Source of the DNA: Geosiphon pyriformis uo1 | Lineage: Eukaryota; Fungi; Glomeromycota | Length of the DNA stretch: 64,000 bases | Direction: 5' to 3' | Assembly: GCA_016748015.1 (NCBI GenBank) | Contig: JAAOMT010000703.1 | Span: forward strand, 62,001 to 126,000 | Shown: positions 26,056 through 37,189 of the stretch, one piece after another | Position numbering within the stretch: position 1 is the stretch's first letter | How the letters are laid out: every line of letters begins with the position of its first letter | The notes under the pieces: model-generated | What the model was told of the DNA's origin: nothing | Database searches by the model: none | Seen by the model: only the letters and a program-made list of their open reading frames with translations | Made by a program: the position numbers and the translations under genes

Positions 26056-29000
26056 GTGGTCTGGTATGAAAGATTGCTACATATAATGTTCGTGGGTTGA
26101 ACAATTCTGCGAAGCAAGATGATGTCATTCGTTGGCACAGAGATATAAACAATTTGGTTTCAATTATTACTAAAACAAAGTTAAAAGATAGAATTCGACT
26201 TTGGATTGCTAATAAATTCGATGGTGTTTGGGTCTTCATTTCTGGTTTGGATTCTGGTTACCTTGGTTCTGGTGTGTCAATTATTATGAACAACACTCTG
26301 GCAAAACATGTATATAAAGTTGTTAAGGTTCCTGGATGACTTTTGTCTGTCAAGTTGCTCTTCAGAAATAAGCTTTTGGTATCAATTCTGGGTTTGTATG
26401 CGAGTGCTTCAGTGTTCGCACACTTCTTACAAGCGGATGAAATAAACTCTTTGATTGCTAAAGCTGTTAATAAGTCATCTTTTGTGATATTGGGCAGCAA
26501 TTTCAATGAAGATGGTTCTCACAGGTGTGCTAGTTTCAGGAAATGTTTTGATTTGGGTTTGGTCAATGCCTTGGGAGGGAGTTTATTTGGGAGGAATGTG
26601 ACTTGAACCAATTCTTAAAGGGTGGCCAAAGTTATTGATTATGTGTTCATGTTATCGAGCTTGGTCAACACAATCTTAAATCAAAGTGTAACTGGGGTTG
26701 ATGAATATTTCAATACTGATCATAAGACTGTTACTGTTTCCATGGGCCTGGGTGGTCTTTTGGATGTTAATTTGATGTCTCTTCACAAGCAGGCAAATAA
26801 AAATCAGTGGAAGTTCAATTTTAAGAATGCTACGGCTGCCAAATAGGCTGCATTCAAGGAATCTTCTGCTGCCACCACAGTAATGTTTAAGTGCGAGTTT
26901 GATGCTGCTCTATTGTTTCTGGATCTGGATGCTATGTGGGATGTCATCAGCAAAATTGTGTGCTTATCAGTGAGTAATATTTTCAAAAAAAAATGGTTCA
27001 AGGGTTATGATAATATGTTTACTAAGAAATCTTCTAAGTTTGACAAGCTAGAACTTTTGGTGTCTAAACTAGTTAAAGCATCACGTTTGGTTTCTTCTGA
27101 GGAATTTGTTGCACTACTGAGTATGTGGAATTTGTTGGATGCTACAAATGCTTCTGTGATGGAGTCTCTTTTTCTTTCAGGGTTGTATTTTGAGGTCATA
27201 AGATCTGTCTTGTTCAGAGTTAGGAAGTTGTATCGTTCCTCTAAATTGTCCGAGTTAAAGCGTGTTAAAGAATCTCATATCAGATCAACAGTTAGTAGAA
27301 GAATGAAAAGTTTTGAGATGGATAAGGGTCATACAATTAGGAGTGTGCTAAAATGCTCTTTTCACAAGGTGGTATTGAATCATTTGGTTGTTGATGATGA
27401 ACTGGTTTTGGATCCTAGTTTGGTTAAATCTAAGGTGGATATTATCATGGAAGGCTGGACCAGAAAATGCAAGTTGGTTGCTGATGTCTCTGCTGATTGG
27501 TGTCACCAGTACCAACCCTTGAAGTATGTATTTGATGAGGCATTTTTGAGAATAATGGATCCTATTAGTTCTGTTGAGTTGCTTAGTGTTGTGTTGGACT
27601 TGCCTAATGATAAAGCTGCTGGTTTGTCTGGTATTTTGAACAAGCTTTGGAAGCATTGTGACGAATTGGTTCTGGATATGTTGTTGGTGCTCTTGAACTC
27701 TTGTTTGCTCTGTGAGTCAGTTTCTGGCCCTTGGAGGGAAGCTTGGCTGTCTATAATTCCCAAATCTTATGAGTGGAAGGGAGTTCTTATGAACACTCGA
27801 CCCATTGCTTTGATTGAAACCACTCATAAGATCTTTTCAAAGATCTTATCAGACAGGATTTCTTTAGTGTGCAGTACTCACAATGTTCTCCATGGAGACA
27901 ATTTTTCTGTTTTGAAGGGCATAACGACACAGTCTCCTATCTTTGCTGTTGGCTCTGTGGTTGAGAATGCTCTGGAAAAGAACCGTGAGCTTTGGCTGGT
28001 ATTGCAGGACATAAAGAAGGCCTATGATTCTGTTGGCTGAGAGCATTTGAAAAGAAGTCTAATTAAGATTAAGATGTGTGGCAGGTTTATTCAATTTTTT
28101 GGTGGCATTCACAATAACCGAGTCAACCAAGTAATAACTGGCTTTGGCTTAACTGATGGTTATCAAGTCCATGATAATCTCGATCAAGAGGAAGTGTTCT
28201 CACCTCTTCTCTGATGTATATTTTATGATTCTCTTTTGTGTGAAGTCAAGAGACAAGAAGAATTTTGTGGATATAGGTTGAATTCTCATTTCATTACTAA
28301 GACTGGCCATGTTGAACCTCAAGCTGGTTTTTCTTTTTTCTTTGCAGCTGGTGCTTTTGTGGACGATACAATTTGGGTCGGCTGCAGTTAGGCTGCAACA
28401 CAACACATTCTCAATGTTGCTAGTGAATTTTTTAGAATTAATAATATTTCAATTAACAATGACAAAACGGTGGCAATTCCTATTAACTGTAGGGTTGTGA
28501 GCCTCTTTCTGACAATCAGTGGTTCACCAATTTCTATTGCCAAGAAAGGAGAACCTCACTGGTATTTGGGCATCTTTCTGTCTATGAATGGTTTGTCAAA
28601 GCCCAGTTTGGCCAAGATGCATTCAGATGTCCAGTTTTTCACCAATCTCATCCTGAAAAAGACCATCTCTGATAAGCAGTTCTTGTATTTGGTTTTGGCG
28701 GTTCTTCAACTCATTGTCAGTTATAGAACGCAGTTTAGTTTTGTTCTACTTAGTATTTGTTGTAAATGGGATGCTCTGATTTGTAAAGGCTTCAAATCCA
28801 AGGTGGGTCTTTCTTTGGACTTTCCCAATAATGCTTTTCATCATCCATTCCTTTACGGCTTAAAGACTTTTGAGTAGATTCAGGCTAAGAGTAAGTCGGC
28901 ATCCGTAGTGTGTTTTGCCAATGCTGTTAGAATCCTGGGTCAGTTGTTTTTCCATAGGTCTCATGACTTACAGACTTTGAGCTGGTGCCCTGTGCACCCT

Positions 29001-30743
29001 TTGGTCTCCCCGGTTTATTTAAAATTAAATCCCTCGAACAATTTTCTGGCGGGTGTGATTCATATTTTTGCCGACTGCAGCTTATCCTTTAGTAGTCCCA
29101 ACCCCAATGCATTCTGATTCTTCTGTGGAACTTCCATGTCTTTGGTTCTTGAGGAGGTGAAATTCTCTAGGTGTTTATCCTCACTTTGGCAGTATGAAAT
29201 TGTCTTTGTGGAACAATTGCATCAATGCAATGGTGGTGTTTTTGACTGAAAGACTTTCAAGTATTGGAAAAGGCTGGATCTGCGTGGCCCCATTCCTGAT
29301 TGGTTTAGTGTCTCTGTTGGTTATCTTGGTAGTGCGGGGTTGTCTTTTTCTGTTCATGGCTGTTCAGTGGGCATTTCTTCTGCTCCTAGTGTCTTGGAAT
29401 CCACTGATTTTGATTTGGTTTGTAATCGTTTGTTGGGATTGGGTGCTGATAGTCTTTTAGTCTATACTGATAGATCCTTGGCTGGTTTGGGCACTCTCAG
29501 TGTTAAATCGGGTGTGGTGGTTTTCTTCAATAATATTAATATGGGTTTAAGTGTTAAGATCTCAGGTTTGTTGTTATCTACTTTGGCGGAATTGCAAGCT
29601 ATTACATTTGCTCTTGAGTGTGTTCCTACAGTTAGCAAAGTTAGCTTATTTTCAGATAGTCAGGCCATGTTGAACGCTTGCAGGTCAGAATTGGGTTTTG
29701 CACATCTGGATTTTCGGAATAGTTGTTGGGTGAAGTGCCATTATATTGCTAGTCTTGTTCATGCTAAGAGGTTGGATGTCAGCTGGTGTAAGATTAAAAG
29801 ACATTCTGGTGTTGTAGGTAATGACCAGGCTGATGATCTGGCTGGCCATACAGCTTTTTCTGATTTTGTTCTTCCTTCCTGGCTGGACGAGTGGTTTATC
29901 CTGGCTGGTGGTAGTCCAGTTTCAGGTAATTCTAGGCATTTTGTGCATAACATTTATCGGTCCATTCATTGTTCACGTTGGGGTTTCAGTTCAGGTAATA
30001 AGGTTGTCGCTGGCGGATTGCTCACAGATATCGATTGGCACAGGTTCTCTTCTGTCTGGCATCCCAATTCACACATGGCTGCTGGTTTCACCAGTATTCG
30101 GACCGCTGGCTTGTCCACGTATTTTATAAAAGCTCTGCATCATAGACTGCCTGTGGCCATTCACAAACGCCTTTATGATAGGAGTTATCCTAGTGTGATT
30201 TGTTTGTTTTGTGGAAGTGTGGAGGTCTCGGACCATGTTTTTTCTTGTGATTCTGACTTTGCTAATCGTGATCGGCTGCTTGGTGATTTTGCGGTTAAAT
30301 GGGAAGGCATTTCTGGCCTTTGTGGCCCTTCTTCTCGCATGCTGCAAACTTTTTCTTCATGTGTTTTTGACACCTCAGTCTGTGTTGCTCTATGCAAAGG
30401 CTTTGTTTTTAATAATTGGTTTTTTGAGGCGGTTTCTGTTTTTGGTGACCTAAAACTTGCTGGTGCAAAAATTGTGGACTTTGTCTGTGATTTTTGCCTA
30501 GCTTTTAGAAATAAGGTTTGGTTGGTCTGTGTCAAACATTGTGTTTTTATGGAAAAGCATGGGTTAATTCCTCGAGATAGTTCTATGCCAGTTTCTATTT
30601 CTGGTCTGTTTTCCCTGTATTCGGCTGGAGTTATCAGATTGTTGGGTATTGATGATGTATTAGATATTAGGTTTGGTTTGCGCAAATTTAGTTTGTTCAT
30701 TTCAGGCACTTTAGATGCAGTTTCTGTTCATATAGATGCATAG
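26052..30743 (+). pseudogene. LINE ORF2 (APE-RT-RNase H-CCHC), 1564 codons in one frame with premature stops
   Basis: Fragments 26097, 26343, 26622, 26883, 28470, 28908 and 29340 share one frame. Motifs IATYNVRG, LGSNFN, IDYVF, RPIAL, LQDIKKAYDSV, AFVDDT, YLG, VYTDRSL, AELQAI, SDSQ, CLFC-x7-HVFSC. Confidence 0.95.
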
Positions 30744-30853
30744 TGTTGTTCTGCTTGGCCTAAGTGGCTAGTCATGTGTAGAAAGTGCATGATTCATGCC
30801 TAATTTAGATCAATTATTTGATATATAGTTTTAGGTTGTGTTTGGACTTCACT
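30742..30853 (+). other. LINE 3'-UTR structured RNA element, copy C
   Basis: AGTG-TT-GTTC/GGAC-TT-CACT closing stem; TTGGCC-TAAGT-GGCTAG; TCATGTG/TGCATGA; CCTAA/TTAGG with distal ATCAA/TTGAT. Confidence 0.6.
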
Positions 30854-31040
30854 CAATAAACGTATAAAAAAAAATATAGAACAATATATAAAATAACAAT
30901 AAAAATAAATAAATTAGTTAATTATAATAATTTGATTTTATATAATTTAAAATATTCAACTATTAATTTTGTTAATAATATAATTTGTATTTTTTTTTAA
31001 ATATAAATAAATAGTAATATTAATATTATTATAAATATAT

Positions 31041-33582
31041 TGGCTAAAACTGACCAGATAAAAATTAGTGGTAATAAACCTTTATTTTTTGTAACTGGTA
31101 CTTTAGTTAATAACATAATATAAATAAGAAATAATCAAATCTCAACTCAGCATATTTTGGATATTGCTAGTGAATTTTTTGTAATTAATAATATTTTTAT
31201 CAATAATAATAAAACTATTACCATTTTTATTAATTATAGGGTGTTAAATGTTTTATTGTGCATTAGTAAACAACTTATTTTTATTGTAAAAAGTAATAAA
31301 TCTCATAGATATTTGGGTATTTTTTTATTAACAGAAAAATTGTCCAAGCTAAGTTTTGCTAAAACACAATCTAATATTAGGTTTTTTTTGAATATGATTT
31401 TCAAGAAGGCAATTTTTAATAAACAATTTTCTTATTTGATTTTGGTAGTTTTGCAGCCTATTATCAATTATTATATGCAATTCAGTTTTTTGCCAAAAGT
31501 ATGTGTTAAAAATAGAATATTATGATAAAAAAAAGGTTCAGATTTAAGGCTTATTTGCCAAAAAATCTTTTCAATAAAGCTTTATATTATTTTTTTCTTT
31601 ATAATTTAAAGTTTTTTAAACAAATACAGATTAAAGCCAAGATTGTTTCAGTAATTAAATTTTTTAACTCATCTAAGATTTTTGGCCATTTATTCGAATA
31701 TTATGTTCTAAATCTGTAAGTTTTGAAATAAGTACTTTTGAATCTTTTGCATTATTTAGTTAAGTTGAGAGTCAATCTTATGAATAATTTCTTGGTGGAA
31801 GTTATGAAAATTTTTTTAGATACTAAAACATCTTTGGCCAATATTTTACCTTGTGTGTTTTGTGGTTTTGGTCATTATTTAATGTCAAAAATTTTGGCTA
31901 AGATCTATTATTTTAATGTAGTGCATTTTTTAAAATGTTTTAGTATAGCTTTTGAGAATTGTTTGCTAATCAAGCATAGTCTGGTTATGGATTAGAAAAC
32001 TTTTTGGCATTGAAAAAAATTGACTCCAAAAGATTTAGTACCAGTCTGGTTTAGTAAGACATTAATATATATAAACAATCACTTATTAGGATCTGATGAT
32101 AGTGCTGTTGACTTAAACTATTCTAACTTTTTTTGTTTAGGCAATTTTTTGGATGTTCACAAATGTTTGCATAAGATTTGAGCTAAAACAATAAATATTT
32201 ATACTGATGACTTATTAAAAAATTTGAGTACAAAAGATGTTGCTTGTAGAGCACCAGTTTACTTCTTTGAGATTAGAATAGATGTTGGTATTAAAGTATG
32301 TGAATTGCTGCTCTCTATGTTGTCAAAGTTGTAGACAATAACCCTGGCTTTAGAGTGTGTCTTTTTATTTTGTACAGTTGTCTTATATGTAGATAGTCAA
32401 GCAGCTTTAACCACATATTTGTTGAAATATGAACAGAATTAGCCTGACTTTTGTAATAAATATTAAGTAAAAAGACATTATATTGCTAATTTGATTAGGT
32501 TTAAAAATATTTTAGTTAAATAGATTAAGGTGAAAAATTACTTAAATGTTATAAATAATAATTATACAAATTTTCTGGCTTGTACTACAGCACAATCAGA
32601 TCTGGTTTTTTTTATTGAGATTTATGAAAAGTTTTTTGTTGTGGATGGTTTGGTTGTTTTAGATAATGCTTACCATTTTATTCAGAATATTTATCAGACT
32701 ATAGATTGAGTTTTATAGAAAGCAGGTTCTAGTACAAATGTTTTAAACAGTTCAGTTATCTAGTACATGGATTGGGAATGTACTGCCTCAGTTTGACATC
32801 CAAACTCTTATATACTGACTGGATTTACCAATAAGAAGTCAGCTATTCTATATACATATTTGATAAAAACTGTTCACAAAAAATTGCAAATAGTTGTTTG
32901 TAGAAGACTATATGACAAAAATTATCTGAGTGTTTTGTGTTTAATATATAGTAATGTAAAATTATTTAATTATGTTTTTACTTGCTTTGTGAATGCCTCT
33001 GTATATTCTAATATTGTGTCTAATTATGTTGGTAAAAAATTGTTTCTTAATATCATCTTTAATGCTGAATATTCTTTTGAAAATTTTTAATATTGGTATA
33101 TATACTGTTTTGTGCAAAGATTTTGTTTTTAAGAAATAAATTGATAAAATGATTTCTGTTTTCACTGATAAAAAAAGAGCAATATTAGTGGTAATTAATT
33201 TTATCTATTATTTGGCTAATAACTATTGCAGTAATTCTTGGCTGCTAAGGTCTAAGTTTAGGGTGAATATTGACTAATTTATTATATAGAAAAGATTTTT
33301 GTTTTATTGTATGGTTTATCCAGTTTTCTATTTAAAAAAGTGGTTTACTTGCTTGGTATTGCTGAGTTTTTTGCTGTTAATTTTGGCTTATAAAAATGGT
33401 TTTTGTTTTTTTTGGTTTAAACAATAGTACAAAAATTTTTATTAGTATATAGTGTTGTCTTAATTGGCCCGAATATCTAGTCATGTGTAAACAATACATA
33501 AGCCATATTTAGTTTAATTTTGCTTTGTTTCTGTATACTAGATAGTAGTTAGACTGTATTCATTAAATAAAATAAAATAAAA
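31041..33582 (+). mobile_element. 5'-truncated LINE, copy D (mid-RT to 3' end), strongly decayed
   Basis: DIASEFF, HRYLGIFL, IYTDDLL, CRRLYDKNY; 3' element 33451-33560; probable TSD ATAA(A/G)TATAT at 31031-31040 and 33583-33592. Confidence 0.88.
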
Positions 33583-34021
33583 ATAAGTATATAATACAGT
33601 TTTGTTTAGTTTAAATAATTTGTTATATATAGTAAGTAAATAATTTATATTTAGTTATAAATACTTAGTTTGTTTATATATATTAAATAACATATAAGTT
33701 ATATTTATAAAACAAATTTTAAAAAAAATTAAATACAAGTTATTAAAAAATATTATTTAATCAAATTTCTGTTTTTTATATAAAAACTTAACCAAAATTT
33801 TTATATTTTATAAATATTTTTAATAATATTATCTATATAATAATATTAAATTACAAAAACTTACTTAAAAAAACTATTTATAATATTAATATATTAAAAA
33901 TTAATTGCTTAAAACTTATTTATTAAAAATTAGTAAAATATTTAATGTGTTTTTGAATAAATATGTTTTGAATTTTATATTTTAATTTTTATAATTGTTT
34001 TAAATAACTTAAATAGCTAGT

Positions 34022-35165
34022 GTCACCACATCGCCAATGTCATTTATCGCAAAAACTTGGATGTGAATTGGGTTAAGGTCAGGGGTCATTTGGGCATTTC
34101 AGGGAATGAGCATGCTGATGTGCTTGCTAGGGTTGCTGCTTTTTCTGCCCGGAGCCTACCTTATCTAGTCAGTAAAAATTTTTTAAGAGCTGGTAGCACT
34201 GCGGTTTCTGGTAACTCTAAACACTTTGTTCATGATGTTTTTTGGTCAATTAATCAGACATGTTAGAAAGTTGGTTCTGGTTCTCAGGTTGTTCTAGATA
34301 GTCTGCATACTGATATTAATTAGTTGAGGTTCTTTTCAGTGTGGCATCCTGACTTCCATTTGGCTTTGGGGTTCACCAGTTTATGAACTGCTGGCTTTCA
34401 GACATACTTTATGAAAGCCTTTCATCATCAACTTCCTGTTGTAGTACACAAGCGTTTATATAATAAGGATTATCCTAGTGTAGTGTGCTTGTTCTGTGGT
34501 AGGATCAAAGTTTCTGACCATGTATTTTCCTGTTTGTTTGATGCTTTTGATCATTCTTGGTTGTTGAATGATTATGCATTAATTTGGAAAGCATGTTCTG
34601 GTTTAGCTCGGTTTTTTTTATGTGTTTTGTAGTTGCTTTCAACATGTGTCTCTGATGTTACGGTTTGTATGGCTCTGTGTAAGGGCTTTGTTTTTGGTGA
34701 GTGGTATCGTGAATCAGTTTCAGTCTTTGAAGATTCCAAGATTGCGGCTTTCAACATTGTGGGTTTTGTGTGTGAATTTTGTCTTTCTTTTTGGGATAAT
34801 ATTTGGTTGGTCTGTGCCAAGCACCAGGCTTTCATGGAAAAGAATGAGTTGATCCCACATGATGATTTTATTCCTGTCTCAGTTTTTGGTTTTTTTAAAG
34901 TATTTTCGTCTGGTGTGGTTAGGTTGTTGGGTATTTCTGAAGCTTTTGGTGTCAATTTCGGGTTTTGTAAACATTGTCTATTTTTCTTAGGTATTGGTGA
35001 CATGGTCTCCATTCATATAGGTGCATAGTATTGTTCTGATTGGTCTGAGTGGCTGGTCATATGTAGAAAAAGCATGATTCACTTCTAGTTTAGATTATTT
35101 AATTGATGTATAATACTAGACCGTGTTTGGATTTTACTCATAAAGCGAATAAAAAAAATAAAAAA
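34022..35165 (+). mobile_element. Short 5'-truncated LINE, copy E (end of RNase H to tail)
   Basis: WVKVRGHLG..GNEHAD, CLFC-x7-HVFSC, stop at 35028, 3' element, A tail. Perfect 11-bp TSD AAATAGCTAGT at 34011-34021 and 35166-35176. Confidence 0.93.
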
Positions 35166-37189
35166 AAATAGCTAGTTATATATAATAAATACATAATTTG
35201 TATTTAGTTTAAAATATTAATTATTATATTATATTAGATAATAAATAAATTTTACTTATTAAATTAAAAAAATTATAATAATAAATAATTATTTATTAAA
35301 TAATTAATGCCAAATTAATAATTGAATTTGTATATTAATGCTTATTATTAATTAAATATTTAAAAAAACTGTTATTAAACCAAAATATTTACTTTATTAA
35401 CAATATATTAATAAATTTAAGTCAAAAATTTCAAGCAAAAAAACCAAAATATTAACTTATTTAAATAAATTAATTACAAGTATTATTCTTTTAAACACAT
35501 TTTTAAAAAATATATATAAATTAACAAAATAATTTAAAACAAAAAACACAAATTAATAATATTAATATATTATAAAAACAATATTATATTATAATAAATT
35601 ATTAAAATTAGTTAAATACAAAATTGAAAACAAAGTATTATTATATTATATTAAAGCAAAAAAACAATAAAATAGAAAATTTAATTCTAAATAAGATAAA
35701 TTATTTTATATTTATTAAATATTTAACAATAAAATATATAAATTATAATTAAAAAACAAAATTTAAAATTAATTATAATTATTAAACACAATTTATATTA
35801 AAATTAGTTATTAAATTAATATATATATATAATTAATATATAACAAAAAAAGTTATTATTTTTAATAAAAATATTATAAAAAATATTTATTTATTGACTT
35901 AATTATTATTTAGCATATTATAAAATTAAATATAACAATACTTAAATATTCAAAAAAATTTTGCTAAAATAATAAAATTTTAATTATATAAACAACACAA
36001 AAACACCAAATAACTATTTAAAAATGTTTTAAAAAAGTATTTAAAAACTCAAAAATAATAAAACACTTTAATCTTAATATAATAATATGTAAAAATTGGA
36101 AATAACAAATTTTATTAGTATATTATTGAAAAATAACTGAATATTTATATTAAATAATTCAAAACAATATACTAATTATATTCAATTTTTTAAAATTACA
36201 ATACAATATTAGTGTATTTAATAATAATAAATTAATTAAAAAAAATGAATAATTAGATTAAAAATTCAGTAAAATATTAAAAAATTCCAAAAATACTAAA
36301 AATAACTAAAAATATAAGATATTTTATTATTAAAAATAAATACATATACAAAAAATATAAGTTAATAAAAAATAATATTAATTAATTAAAAACTTGAAAA
36401 TTATTTTTATTTTTAAATTAAAACACATTTTATTTTAAATAAAAATTTATTATATAAATTAAAAACATTATATAACAATTTAATACTTTATACTATTATT
36501 AGTTATTAATTAATACCAAAAAAATAAACTTTATTGCTTATTCTAAATTAATAACTATTAATAAAATATCAATTTTTTATTTTTTTACTCTTTATTTTTT
36601 TTTCTTTTGTTTTTACAATAATTTATATATATTTTTATAAAATTTATAGTTTTTAATAATTAAATTTGATTGATATAATTTTTATTAATTTAATTATGCA
36701 AACAAAAACTTTTTAATATACTTTGAATTATTTTATTTTGACTTATAATACTTTTATTTCTACAATAATTTTGGTAAATTTTTTAAAATACAAATTAATT
36801 TTGATAAACTTAAATTGTTACTAAATTTTATTGTTTATACACTTGTAAATTGTTATAAATTGGATTATTAATAAAATTATAAATTAAACAAACTAAATAA
36901 CTAATAATTAAATAATTTATGTTAAATTAATAATAATAATCAAAAATAATTATAATATGCAATTTTTTTAATTTTAGTAAAAAAAATTTTATAATTATAA
37001 TTTAAGAATAGAAAACTGTGGCTAATTCTTTGAAACATGCATAAAGTATACAATTCTGTTAGGTGCTATTATTTGAAAAACAGTTTGACTAGAATTAAAA
37101 TATGTCTCTATTTTATTAAATTTTTTAAGAATATATACAATGATTAAATCAACTAAATAATAACAGATTTTGGGTTTATAGAAAAATAT

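Larger units (their letters stand above)
24098..30873 (+). mobile_element. Full-length LINE, best preserved copy (C), inactivated
   Basis: 11-bp TSD ATATAGAACAA at 24087-24097 and 30874-30884; 5' UTR, ORF1, ORF2, structured 3' UTR, A tail. Confidence 0.95.

Noticed and set aside
30185-30709. Antisense ORFs over LINE and Gypsy coding regions (e.g. 30185-30709, 34572-35012, 20478-20855, 58376-58660)
   Set aside because: Shadows of the sense-strand TE frames; no recognisable domains.
26052-30743. Alternative genetic code (TGA=Trp) or programmed readthrough explaining in-frame stops
   Set aside because: TAG and TAA also appear at Trp/Gln positions, stop positions differ between copies, and the host gene uses TGG for Trp with a normal TAA stop. 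These are mutations.
30742-30853. 3' element as a true tRNA gene or known ribozyme
   Set aside because: No GTTCRA B-box/T-loop or CCA, and no hammerhead (CTGANGA/GAAA) or hairpin-ribozyme loop consensus recognised. Kept only as a structured element.
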